Source: a virus (lineage: Duplodnaviria > Caudoviricetes). From it: a stretch of 64,000 nt of DNA. Each line of letters opens with the position of its first letter. The first letter of the stretch is position 1. Shown here piece after piece: positions 57,196-64,000 of this stretch. The notes under the pieces were generated by a model, which had not been told where the DNA came from, searched no databases, and saw nothing but the letters and a program-made list of their open reading frames with translations. A program made the position numbers and the translations under genes. The DNA is taken from positions 22,892 through 86,891 of the IMG/VR virus record IMGVR_UViG_3300028797_000145; one strand, 5' to 3'.

Positions 57196-58929
57196 TTACC
57201 CAAAAGCTTCGATGTTGATCTTGTAAGCTATGAAAGCATCCATCATAGCTGCAACAGCATCGATCTTTTCGGAGTATCTCTTTTTGAGCAACTTTCGGTT
57301 TCCGTTTGTGTCCTCACTTACAATGCAGTTACCCATCGCGAATTCCATAAGCAGCTCATCAAACAGTAGCATCCTTTCAGACGCTAGTTTCTTAAGTTCC
57401 CCAAGCGGAACAGACTCTGTTTTAGCACCCTGGATAACCTTCTCTATACCAAATGGCCCATTCTCAGTAGCCCACCTAGCAACAAACTCTTTTGCATTAT
57501 ACGGATCATACCCAAAAGCTATAACATCGTATTCCATCTCAGTTATATGTGCATCAAGATCCTCGTACACTTCCATCATATTGAGCACAGATCCCTCCAT
57601 AATCACAAGGCTTCCTTCGTTAATGAAACCTTCATACTTATTTCGCATAGAAGGAGGGAGTTTCTGTAAAGTTAATGAGGAAATATAGTTCCTGGTCTTA
57701 ACTCCAAACATTCCACCAGGAAGAGGAAACAGAAATGTGAATGCACAGAAATCATCACCCTGAGATAAGTCAGCCCCCATAGCGCACTGGCACTGCCAAT
57801 AGCTCTTGTGCTTATGAGGCAACGTCTCCTCGTAGGTGAAGTAATATGTATAGCCTTCCATAGGTAAGCCAAATCTCTTCGCCAAAATATCGTTTCTGGT
57901 AGTAGGCGCTTTCTCGGCTCTTTCTACGTCAAGCTGTACTGTTTCGTAAGATATGGTTTTGCCAATGTTTGGCATTGCTTTAACCCACTTGGCGGGATCG
58001 TTTACCTCATCAACTGAATCAAGGCAATACCACCATATGGATACATGAGGAGCAAGATACTCTCCTTTAAGAATATCACTAAGCTCCATCTTGATGTCGT
58101 CACCACTTCCGTTTCTGACAGTACCTTCAGAACTTGTAGCAACTATTATGTAATCATCCAATTTAGACGCACCTTGCTCAATAGCACCTATCACGTCTTC
58201 TCGGATGTCTCCGGAAAGCCACTCATCAACGGTGGCAACTTTTACTCTTAAACCCTGTAGTTTATCAACGTTCATTGGTCTTACTTCAAGAAGAGAACCG
58301 GTAAGAAAATTCTCTATACCATTCTTCGTTGAAGCTAGTTTAACTCGATTGGCTCTGGAGCCAGTTGTGTTCTGTAAGCTTCCTTCAGTAAGGAACTTAA
58401 ACAACGGACCACGCGCTCTCGTAATTGCAGTCCTAATTGGAGACATGACTTCCTCGGACTGTTTCATTGTAGGAGCTGTTGTAACCTGGTGAGTTGTACT
58501 AAGATCAATGTTTTGGAAATATGACTGGATGCATGAATCATACAGAGATTTTGCACAGCCTCGTCCGACTATTAGATACTGTTTCTTCGTGAGACGTTTC
58601 TTTATAGTCTTAGTTTCGTACATCTTTAACTCTGGATTCCAGACTTCTTTATCTGCAAAATAGTACCATCCGAAAATCTGTTCGCCCCAGAGTTTGAATG
58701 TATCAAGGAGATTTAGATCCGAACCATCAGTAAGGGTTAATTCACCCTCGCAATAATTAATCCAGCCTTCTACTGCTTGATCATCGTAGTAGACTGCTGG
58801 ATTCTCTATCAACTGGTCGATACGGTTCATCTCCATTGAGACATAACGGTTAACCGGTATCTCTCTCGCTAAAACGGCATCTCTAAACATGCCGTAGTAT
58901 TTCGGTACGGCTGTATTAGAGAGTGACAT
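57196..58929 (-). CDS. terL: terminase large subunit
   Basis: LIVGRGCAKS (Walker A), VATVDEW (Walker B), GADLSQGDDF nuclease, KIDAVAAMMDA. Confidence 0.95.
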   Translation of the reverse strand: MSLSNTAVPKYYGMFRDAVLAREIPVNRYVSMEMNRIDQLIENPAVYYDDQAVEGWINYCEGELTLTDGSDLNLLDTFKLWGEQIFGWYYFADKEVWNPELKMYETKTIKKRLTKKQYLIVGRGCAKSLYDSCIQSYFQNIDLSTTHQVTTAPTMKQSEEVMSPIRTAITRARGPLFKFLTEGSLQNTTGSRANRVKLASTKNGIENFLTGSLLEVRPMNVDKLQGLRVKVATVDEWLSGDIREDVIGAIEQGASKLDDYIIVATSSEGTVRNGSGDDIKMELSDILKGEYLAPHVSIWWYCLDSVDEVNDPAKWVKAMPNIGKTISYETVQLDVERAEKAPTTRNDILAKRFGLPMEGYTYYFTYEETLPHKHKSYWQCQCAMGADLSQGDDFCAFTFLFPLPGGMFGVKTRNYISSLTLQKLPPSMRNKYEGFINEGSLVIMEGSVLNMMEVYEDLDAHITEMEYDVIAFGYDPYNAKEFVARWATENGPFGIEKVIQGAKTESVPLGELKKLASERMLLFDELLMEFAMGNCIVSEDTNGNRKLLKKRYSEKIDAVAAMMDAFIAYKINIEAFG

Positions 58930-58940
58930 TTTGAGCCTCC

Positions 58941-59777
58941 TTATTTAATCTTCTTAAAAATCCCAGAGATAACCTTTGCTCCTTTTTGAGCAGCTTTAGC
59001 AGAAGACTTAAACTTTAACGCTTTCATAGCTTTGTTCAAGGACTTAACTACTTTTATTCCGGATGCTGCAGCTTCTCTTGCGCTCTCCTGTCTATCTTCT
59101 TCTGTAGGAGAACTTGAAGAGGTTTTAGCATCCTGGGCTTCTTTCATTCTGGATGCTTCTGCAATCTGTGAAATAGAATATGTCTGATGCTGTCTACCTG
59201 GAGCCGAGCCTCTTACAGCTCCGCCTCTATTTCGAATATGCAAGGGCTTGGCTACTTCAGCTCTATAAGTAATTTGTCCATGACCGCCGCCAGAACTTGA
59301 ACTACTTTTAGAGCTAGAAGCACTCGATCCGGTAGAACTTGTAGATTGTGAAGAAGATCCGCTAGATCTACTCCCGGAAGAACTTCTTCCAGACGAAGTG
59401 GATTTAGTAGTCTTTGTTGTTTTCTTTTTGTCCTCTTTGTCAGTCTTAACTTCTGTAGTTGTAGTAGTTCCAGAAGGAGTGCTAACAGAAATCTTTGATG
59501 CTGAAAGTTTCTTTGGAGATGATGCTACAGCAGACCTATACTCAGAAGGCGTCATAGTCTTACCTTTGTAAGTGACATTTCCAGGAGATCTCTGAATGGC
59601 TTTCTCTCGTCTCATCTGCTGAATCGAGTACGCTCCCTGTCTCTTTGCAAATTCCTGATCAGATCCTCTAAAATTGGACCTGACCGTAGAACTTTTTTTT
59701 AGGTCTTCGGGATAGATGTATCTATTTCCCTCTTTCCTAATGTACTTGTGGTTGTGCCACTCTCTTGTATAAGCCAT
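58941..59777 (-). CDS. basic Ser/Thr-rich low-complexity protein
   Basis: N-terminal WHNHKYIRKEGNRYIYPED; S/T/K-rich body. Confidence 0.7.
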   Translation of the reverse strand: MAYTREWHNHKYIRKEGNRYIYPEDLKKSSTVRSNFRGSDQEFAKRQGAYSIQQMRREKAIQRSPGNVTYKGKTMTPSEYRSAVASSPKKLSASKISVSTPSGTTTTTEVKTDKEDKKKTTKTTKSTSSGRSSSGSRSSGSSSQSTSSTGSSASSSKSSSSSGGGHGQITYRAEVAKPLHIRNRGGAVRGSAPGRQHQTYSISQIAEASRMKEAQDAKTSSSSPTEEDRQESAREAAASGIKVVKSLNKAMKALKFKSSAKAAQKGAKVISGIFKKIK

Positions 59778-59798
59778 TGCTAAGCACCTCTTCGAAAA

Positions 59799-59826
59799 GG
59801 GACGCTACCGATGAAAGTAACGTCCC
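59799..59826 (-). terminator. terminator-like hairpin
   Basis: GGGACG/CGTCCC stem then TTTT on minus strand. Confidence 0.55.
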
Positions 59827-59834
59827 CAATGATA

Positions 59835-60197
59835 CTACCTTTTGTAAGTTTCGCTTGTGCCGCCAGGGTCAACTTCCGCGTTCAGCCTCCACTCGAGTTC
59901 GGAGATCTGTCTGTTGAGTGCATCCGATACGAATGAACTCTGAGGAATGTCGAACATCATCCTAACTTTCATGTACATATAGGTTTTAACCATTTCCAGG
60001 TTTTCACCATCTTCATAAAAGTCAGACCATTTCTCCTTATCGCCGGTTATTTTGAACGTTTCATCTTGAGGCCCTACACCTAGCTGCTTTAAGATACTAA
60101 ATACCGAATTGATGTGCATTATCAAGGAATTGTCAAATGCACTGTAAGATGCGCTAGGGCCAATTGCATCTTTAACAGAGAGTAAGATGCTTTCCAT
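59835..60197 (-). CDS. head-tail connector/adaptor (gp6/gp15-like)
   Basis: SILLSVK...AFD...HINSVFSILKQLGVGP...ELEWRL. Confidence 0.65.
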   Translation of the reverse strand: MESILLSVKDAIGPSASYSAFDNSLIMHINSVFSILKQLGVGPQDETFKITGDKEKWSDFYEDGENLEMVKTYMYMKVRMMFDIPQSSFVSDALNRQISELEWRLNAEVDPGGTSETYKR

Positions 60198-60218
60198 TTT
60201 GAATTCCTTTCACATCTG

Positions 60219-60596
60219 TTACATCTGCTCCACTTTATTCCTAAGATCGTTAATCTGCTGCATCATGTATTCGCGATCTCCTCCATGTCTGCTATAACCA
60301 GCATCTCTGCTTGTATAACGGCCCATAGAATCACGTCCACGAGCATAGCTATTACCATAGCCGTCATAGGAATTGTGGTAGCCCCTACCTGCTCTACTAT
60401 ATTCCATTTCGCCCATATAGGGATACGCATTGGAGTATCCAGCATCTTCCATTGCTTCGATAGTTTTGATGTCCTTAATGATATCAACTGCCTTATAAGC
60501 TTTTTCAAGTTCGGCAGGGGTGATATCTTCTTTCTTATTCAGTTCTTTAATGTCTTTTGTAAGCTTCTCACAAAGCTCATAAAGTTCTTCGGTCAT
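60219..60596 (-). CDS. module protein F: helical N-terminus, G/Y/R/S-rich tail
   Basis: SYARGRDSMGRYTSRD. Confidence 0.75.
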   Translation of the reverse strand: MTEELYELCEKLTKDIKELNKKEDITPAELEKAYKAVDIIKDIKTIEAMEDAGYSNAYPYMGEMEYSRAGRGYHNSYDGYGNSYARGRDSMGRYTSRDAGYSRHGGDREYMMQQINDLRNKVEQM

Positions 60597-60613
60597 ATCA
60601 ACAACCCTCCTTC

Positions 60614-61069
60614 TTAGGCTATTCTCGATACAGTCATGTTGGCATTCTGTACATTAATCGCAAGCGCCGGCGTTGTTCCATCGTTTGCCGCTGCTACACA
60701 TTCTACTGAGATGTGATTGCAACATCCTTTAGGAACATCGATGATTGCGGTGGATGTCACATTAAAGTAATCTCCAACCGCCGCCGGAGTAACAATTGCT
60801 CTACTTGTCATTACTGCTTCGCCATCAATGGCTAAAGCAATGGCAATAGGACCAACTGTTTCGCCAGTAGGAATTGCAATGTTTGCATTGAATGTCACCT
60901 GGTATCTTGCAAAGCTACTGCAAGGATTGTTGACGATACCCCTGAGAGTTACAATACCACTTTCATTTCTGTGGTATACATATCCTCTTCCGCAGCCAAT
61001 CGTAGTATTAAGAATTACTGGCTGATTCGGATTCACGATCTGAACGTCGTTATAGGTAAACTCTGCCAT
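60614..61069 (-). CDS. module protein E: beta-sandwich (BclA-CTD/C1q-like by pattern)
   Basis: YQVTFNANIA; alternating beta pattern. Confidence 0.65.
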   Translation of the reverse strand: MAEFTYNDVQIVNPNQPVILNTTIGCGRGYVYHRNESGIVTLRGIVNNPCSSFARYQVTFNANIAIPTGETVGPIAIALAIDGEAVMTSRAIVTPAAVGDYFNVTSTAIIDVPKGCCNHISVECVAAANDGTTPALAINVQNANMTVSRIA

Positions 61070-61084
61070 GGAATATCACCTCCG

Positions 61085-61861
61085 TCAGAAACTTCCGCAA
61101 CCGCAGCCATAGTTCTGCTGGCAGCAATTAGGATTCTGTACCACATAAGCCGGACGAGGAGTCGGAGCCAGGTATTGCTCGAGAGCTGCTGTCTGTGCAG
61201 CATTGTCTGCAAGCAACTGAGAAGTCTGAAGATTCTGAGATGCAGCCAGCTGAGCCATTGTCAACTGATTCTGAAGATCTGCAATCTTCTCATTCTTGGC
61301 ATCGATCTTGTCCTGACACATCTGGTCAAGAATTCTCTGAGTTGAAGCGGTGTTTGCAGTAAGGACATCACGAAGTGCTTCGTTTACTGCTGCACGATCG
61401 GCGCATGCTTCTTGTGCAACCGCGTACTTAAGATCGGCAATGGAAGAACGATTCTCGCAACAGCAGTTCTGAAGTCCCATAGAAAGGTTATTCAGTTGAG
61501 TTGAAAGAGCTGCAGTATCTGCAAATCTCTGGTTCATTGCATCCATTGCACGACCACATGCAGCTACTTCAGCATTCGAGAATCCGTTGTTTACGGATGA
61601 CTGCAGGCTCGAAAGCTGACTGGCAAGAGCAGCATCTGCGAACCCTCTGTTTACATCGGTCTGGGTCTGGGTGTTGTAGAAATAAGGCATTGCAGCATCA
61701 TTTCCACCCCAACCGCCAAAGCCGTTGTTGCCCATAAGAGCAAAGAGGAACAGAATTACCCACCAGCCGTCGCCTCCGAAACCATTACCCCATCCGCTGT
61801 TTCCCATAGGCGATACGGGCATAACGATTCCGTTACCATTTGTTGAATCAACTAAAGACAT
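61085..61861 (-). CDS. module protein D: Gly/Trp hydrophobic segment, long coiled coil, Cys clusters
   Basis: GGDGWWVILFLFALMG; QNCCCENR; C-terminal CCQQNYGCGCG. Confidence 0.75.
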   Translation of the reverse strand: MSLVDSTNGNGIVMPVSPMGNSGWGNGFGGDGWWVILFLFALMGNNGFGGWGGNDAAMPYFYNTQTQTDVNRGFADAALASQLSSLQSSVNNGFSNAEVAACGRAMDAMNQRFADTAALSTQLNNLSMGLQNCCCENRSSIADLKYAVAQEACADRAAVNEALRDVLTANTASTQRILDQMCQDKIDAKNEKIADLQNQLTMAQLAASQNLQTSQLLADNAAQTAALEQYLAPTPRPAYVVQNPNCCQQNYGCGCGSF

Positions 61862-61959
61862 AATTGTCTCCTTCCTACCTCTAACTTTTTGAGGTCAATG
61901 ATAAGGGTTAATTAGTTACTATGTCTTAACCGCTCATGGAAAGAGCGGATAAGGTCTAA

Positions 61960-62202
61960 TTAGAATTTTATCCCCATCATCTGCGCTTTTTGCATAAGTC
62001 CATTCAACGTATTTTGAGACATCATTCCATTAGTCACCAAATACTGGACTGCGCCCTTTGGATCGTTTGCAAATTGCGGAGGAATGTTCAATCCTCTTCC
62101 CATTAAAAATTGCATGGGGTTGCTTCGAAAATTATTGTACTGAGCAACAGGATTATTACTATTTTGATTTTGTATCTGTTCATTGTATAGTTTATTGCTC
62201 AT
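61960..62202 (-). CDS. module protein C: N/Q/M-rich small protein
   Basis: NPMQFL...GMMSQ. Confidence 0.7.
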   Translation of the reverse strand: MSNKLYNEQIQNQNSNNPVAQYNNFRSNPMQFLMGRGLNIPPQFANDPKGAVQYLVTNGMMSQNTLNGLMQKAQMMGIKF

Positions 62203-62638
62203 CGGTATCCTTCTTCTTATAGTTATTCTTGTATTGGGTATTTCGATTCTTTTGCTGAGCCTTTAGCTCCTCAAGTTCCTCTAATACTTCATTGAACTTA
62301 TCAACCGTAACGTATTTTGACATGTCTACGGTTCCATTCAATTGCTCAACTTGCATCTCTTCGTAAGAGAAGGCTCGAACAGTTTGTTGATTTGTGTACA
62401 TGTCTACCGACTTTATGTAGAAACGTTCATCATCCTGATCGAATAGAGCTAGTGTTGCTCCTCTCGCTACAGGATAATCGTTTGCTCCGTTAAGTCCTTT
62501 GACCCAAATCATTCCGATCGGCTGATACTGCTGTGGAGCCTGTTGCGGAACAGTATTAACAGGAGCCTGCGTTTGAGGCTGCAAAAGTTGTTGCGTAGCC
62601 CTTGAATAGTTCGTCAAAGGCTGATATGGTGCTGGCAT
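62192..62638 (-). CDS. module protein B: P/Q-rich N-terminus plus small globular domain
   Basis: IWVKG..GA..YPVARG...FYIKS; YVTVDKF. Confidence 0.7.
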   Translation of the reverse strand: MPAPYQPLTNYSRATQQLLQPQTQAPVNTVPQQAPQQYQPIGMIWVKGLNGANDYPVARGATLALFDQDDERFYIKSVDMYTNQQTVRAFSYEEMQVEQLNGTVDMSKYVTVDKFNEVLEELEELKAQQKNRNTQYKNNYKKKDTDEQ

Positions 62639-62640
62639 TA

Positions 62641-63024
62641 TTAGTTTCTCCTTTCATACTCGTAATAGTAAATTGGGATTTCGTCTCCGGAATTCCACGT
62701 GTCATAATAGTCACCATCTATGACTGCAACGACATGAGTTCCAGTTGCCAATAGGAATTCTCCTATAGGATGATCGAAACAAAAATCTCTTATCGTGTAG
62801 CAATTAGGACACGTATTCTGTATTACTTTTTTACGAAATCCAAGATCTATTAGATACGCATTCCAAACAGAATTGGATGATGGCATGTCATACATTTCTC
62901 GTCCTTTGTATGTTATGTCATCATATACATCTACCCACGATTGATTAGTTATGATCGCCACTCCTCTGATCACGCAATCCCCAACTAAATTTTTAGCTGG
63001 ATTTGGGTTTGTATAAATGAACAT
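62641..63024 (-). CDS. module protein A: putative papain-like (C39-like) Cys peptidase fold
   Basis: NPNP...GDCVIRG, THVVAV, DTWNSG (Cys-His-Asp order). Confidence 0.55.
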   Translation of the reverse strand: MFIYTNPNPAKNLVGDCVIRGVAIITNQSWVDVYDDITYKGREMYDMPSSNSVWNAYLIDLGFRKKVIQNTCPNCYTIRDFCFDHPIGEFLLATGTHVVAVIDGDYYDTWNSGDEIPIYYYEYERRN

Positions 63025-63037
63025 TTTGATTGTCTCC

Positions 63038-63454
63038 TTACTTCCATGGGCAAGTATCTCCTGGTTTTCTTTCTATTGGATCAGTAGCAAGAAGACTTGC
63101 ATCTCCAAAGTGAATCGCGTTGTGGGTGTTATGACTTACACAGATTAAATACTCTGGATTTGTAAGCATGTCCGTTACATTTATGAAGTCTAGCGATTGG
63201 ACTGGATTCATGTGATGAATTAATATACGATCCATTATGTCGTAACCTTCCATTCCAAGATCACAACCTCCATCTCGAATAATTACGAAATCTCGGATGG
63301 ATTGCCATTCCTTTGAATTGTAGAAACGTTGGTTCATCCATCGGTCAAAGCCGAAAGTCTCATTTCCAACAACTCCATTAAGTGAAAGATAGTTGAATCT
63401 GGTTTCGAATGTTGGAAGCTTGATTAGTTCAGAGTAGGTTCTTAGATCCGGCAT
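63038..63454 (-). CDS. HNH endonuclease (packaging-associated), probable start MPDLR
   Basis: IRDGGCDLG, ILIHHMNP, CVSHNTHNAIH. Confidence 0.85.
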   Translation of the reverse strand: MPDLRTYSELIKLPTFETRFNYLSLNGVVGNETFGFDRWMNQRFYNSKEWQSIRDFVIIRDGGCDLGMEGYDIMDRILIHHMNPVQSLDFINVTDMLTNPEYLICVSHNTHNAIHFGDASLLATDPIERKPGDTCPWK

Positions 63455-63467
63455 GCTGATCCACCTC

Positions 63468-63812
63468 CTACAATCCTCCATTATCGATAGAAACTCCAGA
63501 ATATCGCTGCATTGCTGCAATAGCATCTGCGTAAAGCTTCTCTGTCTGCTGCTGAGATCTAAGATTCTCTGTCTTAGCAGCCATAAGCTCTTTCTGTTTC
63601 TCAAGAATCTGCTCTTTTAGTTCTGCTTCGCGACTTCTATACTTCAAAAAATATGTTGTCTCCTGTGAAGTAGCTGTTCCGTTCCTTAATCGCTCTTCTA
63701 CTAGGTCTAAAGCAAGCGATGTTAGGTAACTCATCCTCGCCTCTGGTGATAAGGGCGAGGGTTCTTGTGCACTTTTAGTCTCTTTAAGACTAGATGTCTT
63801 TGCTCTCGCCAT
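63468..63812 (-). CDS. putative terminase small subunit / DNA-binding protein
   Basis: First gene of packaging operon; ERLRNGTATSQETTYFLK. Confidence 0.5.
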   Translation of the reverse strand: MARAKTSSLKETKSAQEPSPLSPEARMSYLTSLALDLVEERLRNGTATSQETTYFLKYRSREAELKEQILEKQKELMAAKTENLRSQQQTEKLYADAIAAMQRYSGVSIDNGGL

Positions 63813-64000
63813 AGTTTTGCACGTCCTTTCATATAGTTTAATACCACTTAGGAGGACCTATACCAAAGCCCGCGGAGAGAAAGGACGGTCAGATCCAGGA
63901 AACAGTTGTCTGCCTAAAAAAGCCCCGCACATCTGCCCAGTATAAGCCCTCCTAAATAGTATTAGTAATATCAAAAATATCCCCCGGAGAAAATTGAAAG

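Noticed and set aside
59280-59470. Ser/Thr-rich quasi-repeats
   Set aside because: Low-complexity coding sequence of 58941..59777 with no exact periodic unit.
398-63812. Numerous plus-strand ORFs in the track (e.g. 51094..52005, 23286..23858, 36320..36820)
   Set aside because: They are antisense shadows of well-supported minus-strand genes, lack RBSs and have atypical composition. Only int is supported on the plus strand.
1-64000. tRNA, rRNA or IS elements
   Set aside because: No cloverleaf with T-loop and CCA, no rRNA-like tract, and no transposase or terminal inverted repeats recognised by eye. A tRNAscan/ISEScan run would be the definitive check.

Overview
The window is a continuous segment of a temperate, long-tailed dsDNA phage genome (siphovirus-like). 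No host genes, rRNA, tRNA or CRISPR array are seen. The host is probably a Bacillota/Clostridia gut bacterium, inferred from the AGGAGG Shine-Dalgarno sites and the SH3-like lysin tail. Nearly all genes run on the minus strand. In transcription order from the right end: putative TerS and HNH; a conserved six-gene module of unknown function; head-tail adaptor; TerL; five tandem HHG(I/V)KG-x-KWG-type proteins; portal; fused protease-scaffold-capsid protein; head/tail completion genes; major tail protein; chaperones; GH24 endolysin; tape measure; Dit; Tal; then about 20 kb of mosaic tail fibre/adhesin genes with interspersed holins. A probable attP lies near 16.8-17.0 kb and the only clear plus-strand gene, a tyrosine integrase, at 15.1-16.3 kb. 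The left 15 kb holds small early genes, including a bacterial-type PARG macrodomain. Main observations: (1) capsid and major tail protein each have a -1 frameshift site leading into paralogous ~130-aa extensions. (2) An L-x-H motif occurs five times in the capsid linker and near the N-terminus of the five HHG(I/V)KG proteins, suggesting a protease-processed capsid-cargo system. (3) Thirteen copies of a fixed-spacing 27-bp promoter-like motif define small gene cassettes, many encoding membrane proteins. (4) The tail region is a network of shared adaptor modules. All family assignments come from recalled motifs, not database searches.
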